Of a DNA stretch of 64,000 nucleotides, positions 31,280 through 44,043 are shown piece by piece (position 1 is the first letter of the stretch; the number at the start of each line of letters is the position of its first letter). The notes under the pieces were generated by a model that made no database searches, was not told the DNA's origin, and worked only from the letters and a program-made list of their open reading frames with translations. The DNA comes from Bacteroidota bacterium (GTDB taxonomy: Bacteria; Bacteroidota; Bacteroidia; NS11-12g; UBA9320), in the NCBI GenBank assembly GCA_018700895.1, contig JABIUV010000007.1, forward strand, positions 80,154-144,153, in the 5' to 3' direction. The translations under genes were made by a program, and so were the position numbers.

Positions 31280-32665
31280 ATGAATTTTGACGTAATCGTA
31301 ATAGGTAGTGGGCCAGGTGGATATGTAGCAGCTATTAGAGCAGCACAGCTTGGGCACAAGGTAGCAATAGTAGAAAAATCTGAACTGGGTGGTGTGTGCC
31401 TCAACTGGGGATGTATTCCTACTAAAGCTCTATTGAAATCTGCACAGGTTTTTGAATACATCAACCACGCGAGCGATTACGGCATATCGGTAAGCGATGC
31501 TAAGCACGATTTTGGTGCGGTGATAAAACGTAGTAGAGGCGTAGCTGAGGGAATGAGTAAGGGTATTCAGTTCTTGATGAAGAAAAACAAGATAGAGATA
31601 CTCAAAGGTTTTGGTAAGCTGATATCCAAAGGTCAAGTAAGTGTAGATAATGAAGGTAAGAAAGAGACTCACAGTGCCAAGCACATCATACTAGCAACGG
31701 GTGCTCGCGAGCGTCAGTTGCCTAACTTGCCAATAGATGGTAAAAAAATAGTAGGCTATCACGAGGCGATGGTATTACCTAAGCAACCTAAGAAAATGGT
31801 GGTAGTAGGTAGTGGTGCTATCGGGATGGAGTTTGCGTATTTCTACAATGCTATGGGTACGGAAGTGACCGTAGTAGAATTTATGCCTAATATAGTGCCA
31901 AATGAAGATGCCGACGTAAGTAAGGAACTTCAAAAAATCTACAAGAAAAAGGGAATGACCATCATGACCAATAGTTCTGTAGAGGCTGTAGATACCAAAG
32001 GTGCTGGCTGTAAAGTAAGCGTGAAGACTGCCAAAGGAATGGAAACCATCGAGTGTGATGTGGTACTAAGTGCAGTAGGTATCCAAACCAACTTAGAAAA
32101 TATCGGGCTAGAGTCTCTGGGCATAAATACTGAGAAAGGCAAAGTATTAGTAGATGATTACTACCAAACCAACGTACCTGGCGTATACGCCATAGGTGAT
32201 ATCGTACACGGTCCAGCTCTAGCTCACGTAGCAAGTGCAGAGGGAATTATCTGTGTAGAGAAAATAAGCGGACAACACGTAGAACCACTAGACTACGGCA
32301 ACATCCCTGGATGTACGTACACATGGCCAGAGATAGCATCTGTAGGCTATACTGAAGCTAAGGCTAAGGAAGCTGGATATGACATCAAAGTAGGTAAATT
32401 CCCATTCTCAGCATCGGGAAAAGCAAGTGCAGCAGGTAGCAAGGAAGGTTTTGTAAAAGTGATTTTCGACGCAAAGTATGGGGAGTTCCTAGGAGCCCAT
32501 ATGATAGGTGCCAATGTGACTGAGATGATAGCAGGCGTGGTAAGTGCACGTAAGCTAGAAACTACCGGCCACGAAATGATAAAGACCGTACATCCACACC
32601 CTACTATGAGTGAGGCTATCATGGAAGCATGTGCCGCTGCTTATGACGAGGTGATACATTTATAA
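31280..32665 (+). CDS. lpdA: Dihydrolipoyl dehydrogenase
   Basis: GSGPGGYVAAIRAAQ, GGVCLNWGCIPTK, HPHPTMSE. Confidence 0.97.
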   Translation: MNFDVIVIGSGPGGYVAAIRAAQLGHKVAIVEKSELGGVCLNWGCIPTKALLKSAQVFEYINHASDYGISVSDAKHDFGAVIKRSRGVAEGMSKGIQFLMKKNKIEILKGFGKLISKGQVSVDNEGKKETHSAKHIILATGARERQLPNLPIDGKKIVGYHEAMVLPKQPKKMVVVGSGAIGMEFAYFYNAMGTEVTVVEFMPNIVPNEDADVSKELQKIYKKKGMTIMTNSSVEAVDTKGAGCKVSVKTAKGMETIECDVVLSAVGIQTNLENIGLESLGINTEKGKVLVDDYYQTNVPGVYAIGDIVHGPALAHVASAEGIICVEKISGQHVEPLDYGNIPGCTYTWPEIASVGYTEAKAKEAGYDIKVGKFPFSASGKASAAGSKEGFVKVIFDAKYGEFLGAHMIGANVTEMIAGVVSARKLETTGHEMIKTVHPHPTMSEAIMEACAAAYDEVIHL

Positions 32666-32737
32666 ACAATTTCTCGGGGTTAAAACCGCCGAGAAATTGT
32701 AAACAGTCCACTTACCTTTGGTGAGTGGGCTTTTTTG
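32666..32737 (+). terminator. Double hairpin ending in an intrinsic terminator after lpdA
   Basis: acaatttctcgg/ccgagaaattgt stem, then agtccacttacc/ggtgagtgggct followed by a T-run. Confidence 0.8.
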
Positions 32738-32842
32738 TGAATGATTATTTCGATGCTAATCCTAAAGAATTACTGGGAATCTCATTTAACATTTACACCT
32801 CAACAGTCTCGTGATTCTATTAAATAGATAGCTTACGTATCT

Positions 32843-33331
32843 TTAAGACGTAGATACATTCACCCGTTTGTACGCCCATGATTCCTTGAATGGAACTTGC
32901 CACTTCATTCGTAAGTCTGAAAGCACGCTGAGTGTATTATTCAAGAAGATGCTATCATCACTTATCAATCCTGAGATATATGCTTGGTTAAGATCAGACA
33001 TTTTCACGATGCGAATATTGCAATCCTGTAAAAAAGTGAGGTTCATTCTATTAAACAAATCAAGATTCATCTCACTATCTATCTGCCTAAAAATAGCCGA
33101 CGTCTGATCGATGCTGCATCCAGTGGCCGCTGCTACCTCCTCGTCTACTCCTAATACAAGCAACTGATTATAAAATATCCCAAATTCAGCCTTGAGCTGA
33201 TTGCCGTGAGCTGCCCAATTGGTACAAAAAGCAGCCAATCGTTCATTAATCTTATGAGCTTCTTCTTCGCTAAGCGGTCTTTGGGCCACGTATATCCATA
33301 TTCGTCCGTTGCCATTGAGTGTAGGGAACAT
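32843..33331 (-). CDS. Conserved Bacteroidota hypothetical protein
   Basis: RIWIY...F..NWAAHG..L, ATGCSID, LFNRM pattern; start placed at MFPTLNG. Confidence 0.75.
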   Translation of the reverse strand: MFPTLNGNGRIWIYVAQRPLSEEEAHKINERLAAFCTNWAAHGNQLKAEFGIFYNQLLVLGVDEEVAAATGCSIDQTSAIFRQIDSEMNLDLFNRMNLTFLQDCNIRIVKMSDLNQAYISGLISDDSIFLNNTLSVLSDLRMKWQVPFKESWAYKRVNVSTS

Positions 33332-33379
33332 GGTGCGAAAGTAATGGAATGCAGCACCAAACTTCAAATTCTAAAATGC

Positions 33380-33590
33380 AAAAGAAGGAGTGGGAAGGCT
33401 CAAACCACACCTTCCCACTCCAATTGTTATTTCTCGGGCTATGAAGTACAAGGCTATTCAGTTACAAATGCTGCTGTGTCCTTTATTGCTTTCGTTTTGT
33501 GTAATGATTGGATGGTCCAAGTCGCTAACGCTGTGAGGGGTGTTGCAACGCACCAAACTGATCTTCTAAAAGACTACTCTAACATCTTAA
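33380..33590 (-). ncRNA. Candidate small non-coding RNA with its own terminator
   Basis: Perfect 12-bp GC stem (33387-33398/33410-33421) plus TTCTTTT on the minus strand, downstream of the separate katG terminator; no credible ORF. Confidence 0.4.
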
Positions 33591-33746
33591 AATGTACAAA
33601 TTCGTGGTATAATGAAGTCAATTTTTGTACAAATTCGGAGTAAGATGAAATTGAAACCTCTTTTCATAACTCTCATAATTTACCTAAAACTCCTTACACC
33701 AATTACAATTATCCCCAAAATGAAACCCTTACATACAGTAGAACGT

Positions 33747-33777
33747 AAAAAAAGCCAGCTCTCTCGAGCTGACTTTT
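33747..33777 (-). terminator. katG intrinsic terminator
   Basis: aaaagccagctc/gagctgactttt stem with flanking A/T tracts. Confidence 0.75.
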
Positions 33778-33801
33778 CTGATCCGTTAGATTTAGCGTGT
33801 A

Positions 33802-36099
<2,298 letters not shown>

Positions 36100-36203
36100 C
36101 TACTTCGAGTACATTATATTTTGTGATAGTGGTATTGGTGATTTTGATTTTGGAGGTAGAAAACTACGACTTACTGATACATTTTAATTGGCTAAATCTG
36201 TTG

Positions 36204-36809
36204 GGCTTCCAATTTCCCATTAATGCTATTGCCGACCCCATAGTATTTACAGAACTATGGCGAGAGGTGGCTACCATCATAATGCTAGCCGCAGTAGGCA
36301 TACTAGCCGGCACCAACAAGGTAGAGCGATTTGCCTACTTCCTCATCAGCTTTGCGGTGTGGGACATTTTTTACTATGTTTTTCTAAAAGTTTTTATCGA
36401 TTGGCCCGAGAGTCTCCTCACTTGGGATATCCTCTTTTTGCTACCTGTAGCTTGGATTGGCCCAGTAATAGCTCCTGTTATATTGGCATTGCTGATGATA
36501 GCCATAGCCCTAATGCTCATTGCAAAACAAACTCCGCTCAACTGGAAAGAGTGGTCACTCTACATTGCCGGTGCATTTATTAGTATCTTATCTTTTACCA
36601 TAGATTTTGTCACCTACCTGCATGAGAATGAAGGAAATACCGAACTGTATAAAGATGTAGGTGCTCTATCACTTACGTATGTTCCTAAGGACTTTGATTG
36701 GTGGATATTTGCTATAGCGGTAGTTTGTATATTAATGGGAATGATTAATTACTACGTACGCACCAGCCGAACGAAACGAAAACTAGAGGGTATGCAGTTG
36801 TTTGTGTAA
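36204..36809 (+). pseudogene. Membrane protein of a conserved unknown family, apparently 5'-truncated
   Basis: TELWREVATIIML, WDIFYYVFLK..WPESLLTWDILFLLPVAWIGPV; family-like sequence seems to begin abruptly at GFQFP; the upstream part reads like AT-rich katG promoter DNA. Confidence 0.5.
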
Positions 36810-36896
36810 CTGCTTTTGCAAAAAAAAAGCACATCTCCTCCAAATTGGAATACGTTGCTTTACAATTATATTTGGAGTCAACTTATTTTTTTACAA

Positions 36897-37484
36897 ATGA
36901 CTAAATACACATTCCTTCTCATCACCCTACTCCTTTCAGCGATATATGCTGAAGCACAAACCTCATTTACCCTATCTGCAGATGCCCCATCTCTCATATA
37001 TGGGGGATACTCATTAGAAGGTGGTGTAAATCGTAAAAAAATGAGATACACTTTTTCATTGGACAACATTAAGTTGCCAAACTATATCAATGCGGACTTT
37101 GACAGTATACAAGCACTACGCCAAAACATACGTTTAAAGGCAAGTCGCTTTTTGAGTAAGAAGCAAAAAGGTTTTCACATTGGTGTTGGTTTAGGATTTG
37201 TAATCGGAGAAGAATGGAGTCTACTTGATTCAGCAGGGAAGGTTAACACTAGCATTCCAAGTGTGGAGCAGAGTTACGCCACGGTAGGTTTTAATGTGGG
37301 TTATATCTATCATCCTTTTAAAAACAAAGCATTCATCAAAGGTTTTTATGTGGAGCCCAGTATTGGTGCCACTTATGCAATAGGTAAGGAAGACCTCAAG
37401 CTTGGTCTTAAAATTATAGAAAAAGAACCTATGTCGGTAACTCCAATCCGCTTTAGCTTAGGCTGGCGAATAAAATTGCCTTAA
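36897..37484 (+). CDS. Hypothetical outer-membrane beta-barrel protein
   Basis: Signal peptide MTKYTFLL...AEA; alternating beta-strand pattern; ends FSLGWRI. Confidence 0.7.
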   Translation: MTKYTFLLITLLLSAIYAEAQTSFTLSADAPSLIYGGYSLEGGVNRKKMRYTFSLDNIKLPNYINADFDSIQALRQNIRLKASRFLSKKQKGFHIGVGLGFVIGEEWSLLDSAGKVNTSIPSVEQSYATVGFNVGYIYHPFKNKAFIKGFYVEPSIGATYAIGKEDLKLGLKIIEKEPMSVTPIRFSLGWRIKLP

Positions 37485-37523
37485 TTCTTATAACGAAGCA
37501 CCAACCAAAAGCTAACCAGCATT

Positions 37524-39353
37524 ATGACCAAAACCAATTATCCAGCTCTGTATACGCTAATTACCGTCTTCTTTTTTTGGGGATTCATAGCAGCAGGCAA
37601 CAGTATCTTTATACCTTTTTGTAAGTCGTACTTCTCGCTCGACCAATTTCAATCCCAACTGGTTGACTTTGCATTTTATACGGCATATTACATTGGAGCT
37701 TTGTTCCTATTTGCCTTCGGAGCAAGTACAGGCAAGGATATAGTGGGCCAGTGGGGGTACAAAAAAAGTATCGTCTACGGCCTTTTGTTCTCCGCCCTCG
37801 GAGCAGGAGCTATGATACTGGCAGTTCAGGCCAACTTATACGCAGGAATGTTGGTTGGGTTATTCATTGTGGCTCTAGGATTTTCGTTGCAGCAAGTAGC
37901 GGCAAACCCATTTGCCATACTCTTAGGAGACCCAAAAACAGGAGCTAGTCGTGTAAACTTAGGTGGAGGTATCAATTCATTTGGCACCACCATAGGGCCT
38001 ATCATAGTGGCCATGGCTCTATTTGGCACTACGGCTAGTATTACCGACGAGCAGATTAAACTCTTAGAACTCAACAAGGTGATATACCTATACATCGGAG
38101 TAGGTTTACTCTTTGTACTCGCAGCAGCGTTGTTTCATTTTTCTAAAAAAGTACCCGCAGGCACCACTTCCGAACCGGTAGAGAAAGCGAATAAAGCCCT
38201 CAAAACCCTGATAATAATGACGGGAATGCTCATTGTGATGTTCAGCCCTGTATTTGCCAGTTATGCTAGTGAAGAAGCTAAGAACATTGTAGCCTTGGAA
38301 GAAACCAAAGCCACAGTAGTGGAACAATTGAATGCCACGGAAAAAAAACTCAAGGCCACGGAGCAAAATACCACATGGAACGCAGCTGAGAAAGAAAATA
38401 GTATTGTCATTTTAAACTCGGAAATCGCCGCTTTATCCTCTAAAAAGGCGTCAACAACAGATGAAATAGAGACCATAAGAGGTCCATTGGAAAAGTACCG
38501 TATGTACTGGCTCATAGGTGCTTTGTTAGTGGTAGTAGGAGGCTTACTATTTTCGTATGCTTCATCTACTAACAATCCCGAAGGCTGGGGTGCCATGCAA
38601 TATCCTCAATTGGTATTGGGAATGCTAGCTATTTTCACCTACGTAGGAGTAGAAGTGGCTATAGGTTCTAACTTGGGCGAGCTTCTTAGTTTAGATGCCT
38701 TCGGTGGTCTACAATCTTCAGAAATTGCTCCTTATATCTCTATGTATTGGGGTAGTTTGATGATTGGTCGTTGGGCGGGAGCTATCAGTGCTTTCAATAT
38801 AGGCGGCACGAGCAAGAAAGTAGCCCTTATGCTCGTTCCCCTCGTAGCATTTTTCATCATCATAGGGGTTAATATGCTATCGGGTAAGGATATGGAGCCA
38901 TTATATTACTATGTATTGTGCGTGCTACTACAAGTGGCGGCATTTTACGTTAGTAAGGATAAACCTGCTCGTACCTTAATGATATTTGGATCATTAGGAG
39001 TAATGGCTATGCTCATCGGATTGTTTACATCTGGTACGGTTGCTATCTACGCATTTCTGAGCGGTGGCTTGGCGTGTAGTATAATGTGGCCCGCTATATT
39101 TAGCTTGTCTATCATTGGCTTGGGTAAATACACTTCTCAGGGTTCTGCATTCTTGGTGATGATGATATTGGGTGGTGGTATTATCCCTCCTATTCAAGGC
39201 AAATTATCTGACATCATTGGCATTCACCAATCATTTATCATCGCAGTAGTTTGCTTTGCCTACCTTGCTTTGTTCGCCTTCCTTGTGAAAGGTATGCTGA
39301 AGAAACAAGATATTGATATCGACAACATCGAGCTAGAATCCGCAGGGCACTAA
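37524..39353 (+). CDS. MFS sugar permease (FucP/GluP family) with coiled-coil insertion
   Basis: [43 protein letters not shown]. Confidence 0.9.
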   Translation: MTKTNYPALYTLITVFFFWGFIAAGNSIFIPFCKSYFSLDQFQSQLVDFAFYTAYYIGALFLFAFGASTGKDIVGQWGYKKSIVYGLLFSALGAGAMILAVQANLYAGMLVGLFIVALGFSLQQVAANPFAILLGDPKTGASRVNLGGGINSFGTTIGPIIVAMALFGTTASITDEQIKLLELNKVIYLYIGVGLLFVLAAALFHFSKKVPAGTTSEPVEKANKALKTLIIMTGMLIVMFSPVFASYASEEAKNIVALEETKATVVEQLNATEKKLKATEQNTTWNAAEKENSIVILNSEIAALSSKKASTTDEIETIRGPLEKYRMYWLIGALLVVVGGLLFSYASSTNNPEGWGAMQYPQLVLGMLAIFTYVGVEVAIGSNLGELLSLDAFGGLQSSEIAPYISMYWGSLMIGRWAGAISAFNIGGTSKKVALMLVPLVAFFIIIGVNMLSGKDMEPLYYYVLCVLLQVAAFYVSKDKPARTLMIFGSLGVMAMLIGLFTSGTVAIYAFLSGGLACSIMWPAIFSLSIIGLGKYTSQGSAFLVMMILGGGIIPPIQGKLSDIIGIHQSFIIAVVCFAYLALFAFLVKGMLKKQDIDIDNIELESAGH

Positions 39354-39450
39354 ATACCGATTAAGTTTCCACCGTCATAAACGTGCTCCTCCTCTTGATA
39401 CGGAGAAACACTCTGTCTTAATTTATCACTCAGATGGCTACCTTCGTCCT

Positions 39451-40341
39451 ATGTATTTGAAAAAAGGTGATACCATAGCCATTGTGTCTCCAGCTAGAGC
39501 TATTCAACCCGAAAAAGTAGAACCCGCTATTCGTTTTTTTGAAAGTCACGGATTTAACGTTGTGCTTGGTAAACACATCTACGATGTATCAAACCAAATG
39601 GCCGGAACAGATGCCGATAAAGTAGCTGATATACAGCAATTTCTAAATGACCCGGAGGTACGTGCTATTGTAAGTACCCGCGGGGGATACGGATGCGTAC
39701 GTATCATTGATCAACTTGATTTATTTCCTCTTGCAGAGCAAAAAAAATGGTTCGTTGGCTACAGCGATGTTACGGTGTTTCACAGTCATATACATCAGCA
39801 TTTTAACATACCAACCCTACATAGTACAATGCCCGTGAGTATAAGTGATGACCCATCTCCGGAGGAAATCATAAGTAATACCACCATGATAGACGCTCTC
39901 ACAGGCAAGGTTTTAAGGTACGACTTACCAGCAAATGCCCTCAATAAACAAGGCAATGCCAAGGGACAACTCGTAGGTGGTAATCTCAGTATGCTTTATA
40001 GTATGTGCGGCTCTGCCTCTGACATCGACCCCCGAGGCAAAATCCTGTTCATTGAAGATTTGGACGAGTACCTGTACCACATAGACCGTATGATGATGAA
40101 CCTCAAGCGTACCGGTAAGCTCAGTGATCTAGCAGCATTGGTAGTAGGTAGTATGAGTCATATGAATGATAACGCTATACCTTTTGGCAAATCAGCAGAA
40201 GAAATAATATTGGAACATGCATCTAGCTATAATTATCCCATCTATTTTGGATTTGAAGCAGGACATCAGCAACCAAATCAAGCTTTGCGTTTAGGAATGG
40301 AAGCAGAAATAAAAGATAATCAGCTACTTTTGCCAGCTTAA
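39451..40341 (+). CDS. ldcA: LD-carboxypeptidase (peptidase S66)
   Basis: RGGYG, GYSDVT, GGNLS, FIEDLDE, AGH catalytic-triad motifs. Confidence 0.92.
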   Translation: MYLKKGDTIAIVSPARAIQPEKVEPAIRFFESHGFNVVLGKHIYDVSNQMAGTDADKVADIQQFLNDPEVRAIVSTRGGYGCVRIIDQLDLFPLAEQKKWFVGYSDVTVFHSHIHQHFNIPTLHSTMPVSISDDPSPEEIISNTTMIDALTGKVLRYDLPANALNKQGNAKGQLVGGNLSMLYSMCGSASDIDPRGKILFIEDLDEYLYHIDRMMMNLKRTGKLSDLAALVVGSMSHMNDNAIPFGKSAEEIILEHASSYNYPIYFGFEAGHQQPNQALRLGMEAEIKDNQLLLPA

Positions 40342-40356
40342 TACCCTTCTTCATAT

Positions 40357-40809
40357 ATGGCCATTTATCAAGCAAGTAAACAACTTACCAAATTTATCAT
40401 TTCGGGCATTCTTGCCGTGGGTGTAGATTTCACCGTTTACTATGTGCTGTCTCAGTTTTTAGACCCTAGCCTTAGTAAGGCCATTAGTTTCTGCTCTGGG
40501 ATGGTGGTGACGTATAACATGAATAAGTTTTGGACTTGGAAACAGCCCGAAAAAAACAACAAACGACTATTACTCTTCAGTACTCTGTACGCGTTAGCTC
40601 TTATGGTAAATGTGGGCACCAATAACATAATACTCGATGCATTACCTAACTATACATTCTCATTTTCCCTCAATGATGAAAAACTAGACATCATCAAAAG
40701 GTTAGTTGTAGGCGTAGACAAACTAGGTGCATTTATCATAGCCACAGTAGCTAGTGTAGCTATCACTTATGTGGGTCAAAAATACTGGCTATTTAAAGCT
40801 AAGAATTAG
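40357..40809 (+). CDS. GtrA family protein
   Basis: KFIISG..AVGVDF, YNMNKFWTW, QKYWLF. Confidence 0.85.
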   Translation: MAIYQASKQLTKFIISGILAVGVDFTVYYVLSQFLDPSLSKAISFCSGMVVTYNMNKFWTWKQPEKNNKRLLLFSTLYALALMVNVGTNNIILDALPNYTFSFSLNDEKLDIIKRLVVGVDKLGAFIIATVASVAITYVGQKYWLFKAKN

Positions 40810-41267
40810 TACGAAGGCCTATTGAGTATCGTCTGAGCTATGATGGCCTGTCTTAGGTCAAAATCAACAGACAACGCATCGGTTTCCTCTTCCTCAAGCT
40901 TAAGTCCTTGTGATTCTCTGATTTCATCTCGCACCTCACCCAAGTCTAAGTCTACGTCGGCGTGATGCTCGTGCTCCGGTCTGAAATCGTGCTGATGGTC
41001 TTCTATTTCTATTTTTTTACGCTTTCGTTGTTGCGATACCGTTTCATATTGTTTTTCGGGAACAGGCTGCTTGGCTTTCGCAGGTTCACCGCTAAGTTCT
41101 CGCAAGATGTCCTCTAGCGATGTTGTACTCGTACTCGCCTTTTTTCTTTTCACGGATTTCGGGCGGCTTTTCGGTTTTTCTTCCTTTTTTTTGCCCGCGG
41201 CCAAAAAACGAAATACTAGAATCGCTCCTATGATGATGTACTTGATGTATGAGCCTATATCGTCCAT
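40806..41267 (-). CDS. Hypothetical membrane-anchored protein
   Basis: N-terminal TM helix; C-terminal FDLRQAII..TILNRP motif seen in Bacteroidota hypotheticals. Confidence 0.7.
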   Translation of the reverse strand: MDDIGSYIKYIIIGAILVFRFLAAGKKKEEKPKSRPKSVKRKKASTSTTSLEDILRELSGEPAKAKQPVPEKQYETVSQQRKRKKIEIEDHQHDFRPEHEHHADVDLDLGEVRDEIRESQGLKLEEEETDALSVDFDLRQAIIAQTILNRPSY

Positions 41268-41284
41268 TGTGTCAAACGAAAATA

Positions 41285-41767
41285 ATGAAAAAAAAGCTAG
41301 TCTTAAGCCTCGGGTCTAATTTAGGGAATCGATACGCCTACATCTATCAGGCGATACAAGCTATCAACGAAGCTTTTGACACCATATCTGCCGTAAGCCA
41401 ATACTACGAAACCCCGCCTTGGGGAGACCTCAACCAGTCGCGTTTTATTAATATAGCTCTCATACTCGAAACGGATATACCTGTTTTACAATGCTTTACA
41501 AAACTACAAGCCATAGAAGCAGAACTAGGTCGCACCAAAACCCGAAAATGGGGACCACGGTGTATCGATATTGATATACTATTTTACGACCTTGAAATAA
41601 TCAGCACCCCAGAGCTAACCATTCCTCATCCTCACATACACGAGCGTGCTTTTGTACTCGCACCGCTATGTGACCTAATGCCACGCTTCCTACATCCTAC
41701 TCACGACCACACTGTAGCTCAACTCCTGCATATTATTACTAACGATACGCAACATTTTACACCGTGA
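41285..41767 (+). CDS. folK: 2-amino-4-hydroxy-6-hydroxymethyldihydropteridine pyrophosphokinase
   Basis: LSLGSNLG, YETPPWG, WGPRCIDIDIL, PHPHIHERAFVL. Confidence 0.95.
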   Translation: MKKKLVLSLGSNLGNRYAYIYQAIQAINEAFDTISAVSQYYETPPWGDLNQSRFINIALILETDIPVLQCFTKLQAIEAELGRTKTRKWGPRCIDIDILFYDLEIISTPELTIPHPHIHERAFVLAPLCDLMPRFLHPTHDHTVAQLLHIITNDTQHFTP

Positions 41768-42321
41768 ACATTCATTGTATAGGCAACATAGCATATTGGC
41801 ACGGAGTAGTGAGTGATACAGACCATAAACACTACGTCCACCATACTTTTCAAAAACAAAGTGAACTCTCACAATATGAGATACTTACGGCCAACGGACG
41901 CCTCAAGCTCAGTGTCCCCACCCAAAAAAGTACGCGTAAAGGACCATATAGCGATGTGCTAATAGATTATAATACCAACTGGCAAACAGAGCATTGGCGT
42001 AGCATAGAAAATGCCTACCTCAAATCTCCTTTTTTCCTCTACTACGGATATAAAATTGAAACCATCTATAAGACTCATTACGACACCTTACTACAGTTTA
42101 ACAAGGCACTTTTTGCAACCGTGGCAGATTGCCTAAAACTCAAAACTACCTTTCTCACAGACCATACTACACCGTCCATGTACGTGCCTACACCACCGCG
42201 AGTATGCACCGCATACCCGCAGGTATTTGACGACCGAGTCGCCTTCCAACAAAATTTGAGTGTATTAGACCTGATTTTTAATCTAGGTCCCGAGGCGTCA
42301 GATTACTTGGTTTCGCTGTAA
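41764..42321 (+). CDS. WbqC family protein
   Basis: [42 protein letters not shown]. Confidence 0.85.
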   Translation: MNIHCIGNIAYWHGVVSDTDHKHYVHHTFQKQSELSQYEILTANGRLKLSVPTQKSTRKGPYSDVLIDYNTNWQTEHWRSIENAYLKSPFFLYYGYKIETIYKTHYDTLLQFNKALFATVADCLKLKTTFLTDHTTPSMYVPTPPRVCTAYPQVFDDRVAFQQNLSVLDLIFNLGPEASDYLVSL

Positions 42322-43262
42322 GAACCCATATTGCTAAATTTCTTGATACGAGCCTTTACCAGTTTTTTGGTGCTCAGTTCGTTTAGCTCTTTTATATTCT
42401 TTTTCAGTTCCGTCTTCAGTGTTTTGAACATCGCCTCCGGATCATTATGTGCACCACCTAGTGGCTCAGGTATGATACCGTCTATCAGCTTGTTAGCGAG
42501 CATCTTGTCCGAGGTAAGACTTAGTACATCAGCAGCCTGTTCCTTATAATCCCAGCTACGCCATAGGATAGATGAGCAACTCTCCGGCGATATTACCGAG
42601 TACCACGTATTTTCTAGCATAAGCACTCTATCACCTACACCTATACCTAGAGCACCACCACTAGCACCCTCACCTATTACTACGCATATAATGGGTACCT
42701 TCAGTGTAGCCATCACCATCAGATTTTTGGCAATCGCCTCACCTTGTCCGCGTTCCTCGGCCTCTAGCCCTGGAAAAGCACCCGGAGTATCTATCAGGCA
42801 TACTACTGGCATATCAAATTTTTCTGCCATCTGCATAAGACGAAGAGCCTTACGATAGCCCTCAGGGTTAGGCATCCCAAAGTTGCGGTATTGTCGCTCC
42901 TTCGTAGTGCGGCCCTTCTGCTGACCTATGATCATCACATTGATGTTATCTATCTGTGCCAATCCGCCCACCATAGCCTTATCATCACCTACATTTCTAT
43001 CGCCGTGTAGCTCTACAAAGTTTTTAGTGATGGCCTGTATATAATCTAGCGTGTAAGGTCTGTCGGGGTGACGCGATATCTGCACTTTCTGCCAACCGCT
43101 GAGGTCTTTGTACAGTGCTTTTTTCTCGCTGTTTATTTTTTTAGTAAGTTGAGCAACAGTGTCACTCATATCTACTTTGCCCTTATGGTGAGTAGCTTGA
43201 GCTTTTTGCAGTTGCTCTATCAACTCTTCTAACGGTTTTTCAAAATCTAATAATGTAGCCAT
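42303..43262 (-). CDS. accA: Acetyl-CoA carboxylase carboxyltransferase alpha subunit
   Basis: [46 protein letters not shown]. Confidence 0.97.
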   Translation of the reverse strand: MATLLDFEKPLEELIEQLQKAQATHHKGKVDMSDTVAQLTKKINSEKKALYKDLSGWQKVQISRHPDRPYTLDYIQAITKNFVELHGDRNVGDDKAMVGGLAQIDNINVMIIGQQKGRTTKERQYRNFGMPNPEGYRKALRLMQMAEKFDMPVVCLIDTPGAFPGLEAEERGQGEAIAKNLMVMATLKVPIICVVIGEGASGGALGIGVGDRVLMLENTWYSVISPESCSSILWRSWDYKEQAADVLSLTSDKMLANKLIDGIIPEPLGGAHNDPEAMFKTLKTELKKNIKELNELSTKKLVKARIKKFSNMGSYSETK

Positions 43263-43461
43263 ACGGTTCCTTTTATTATACAAGGCAAAAGTATAAATCT
43301 TAATGGAATAGGGTAAAAATGTTTTTACTCACGCCAAAAATATGTGTGCTGAAAGATCAATGTACACGGATATGGATAGTAATGTACGTTCAGAATGAGG
43401 CTTCCTACCTTTCAGATAGAAGTTGCTACGATGGCTGGCATTTTTTCTTTCTTGGGTAATA

Positions 43462-43597
43462 CTCGGGCTGTACACTTGTAGTCCTCGCCCAGCTAGGCAG
43501 TAGGCTATAGGCCGTGCGGTGGCTCTGTGCCGCCCCTCCACCAGCCTAGCTCTACTAGGGGGCTATCTGTACTGTGGGGTACCGCTTCCATCCCGCT
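43462..43597. repeat. GC-rich structured intergenic element (Bacteroidota repeat / Flavo-1-like, tentative)
   Basis: Nested complementary segments agctaggc/gcctagct, gcggt/gccgc, cggg/cccg; cgggct...ccgcttccatccc ends. Confidence 0.4.
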
Positions 43598-43770
43598 GCT
43601 AAGGTCGTGTTTTTTAGTTATGACTTAGTGGTGTAGCCAATGCGACATAAGAGTCTGAAAACAAAACTAATCTATTTGTTTCGACAATGTTTCGGTAGCG
43701 AATATAGATGCTACTATTTTCTTCACCTATTTCAATCCATAAGAGGCTAAAAACCAAACTATTACAAACG

Positions 43771-43799
43771 AAAAAGTCCCGCCGTTAAGCGAGACTTTT
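43771..43799 (-). terminator. Terminator after tRNA-Asp
   Basis: aaaagtcccgc/gcgagactttt stem with A-tract. Confidence 0.75.
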
Positions 43800-43800
43800 G

Positions 43801-43874
43801 CGGTCTGGACGGGACTCGAACCCGCGACCCCCTGCGTGACAGGCAGGTATTCTAACCAACTGAACTACCAGACC
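43801..43874 (-). tRNA. tRNA-Asp(GTC)
   Basis: GGTCTGG TA GTTC AGTTGGTTA GAAT A CCTGC CTGTCAC GCAGG GGGTC GCGGG TTCGAGT CCCGT CCAGACC G folds into a full cloverleaf. Confidence 0.98.
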
Positions 43875-43883
43875 GTAATTCCT

Positions 43884-43957
43884 TTATCTCATCGACTCGT
43901 TACCCAGCGGCTCTTCCGCAGTAAGCAGAATATTCTAACCAATTGAACTACCAGACT
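43884..43957 (-). pseudogene. Degenerate tRNA-Asp-derived copy upstream of tRNA-Asp
   Basis: First 27 nt match tRNA-Asp at 25 positions; anticodon arm TTCTG-CTTACTG-CGGAA still pairs; T-arm and acceptor 3' strand are broken. Confidence 0.7.
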
Positions 43958-44043
43958 AGGGAAATAAACGAGTCAAAACATAAACTAACCCATTTTTAAG
44001 GTGTGCAAATATAAACGCAGTTCGGATACCGCAAATTGTTTTT

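Noticed and set aside
43329-43541. 70-aa ORF upstream of accA
   Set aside because: Overlaps the GC-rich structured element; accA has its own -7 promoter; no coding signal
43884-43957. Pseudo-tRNA as an ochre (TTA) suppressor or as an att site of an integrated element
   Set aside because: Canonical register gives anticodon TAC, not TTA, and the acceptor stem is broken; no integrase or cargo lies between the two copies
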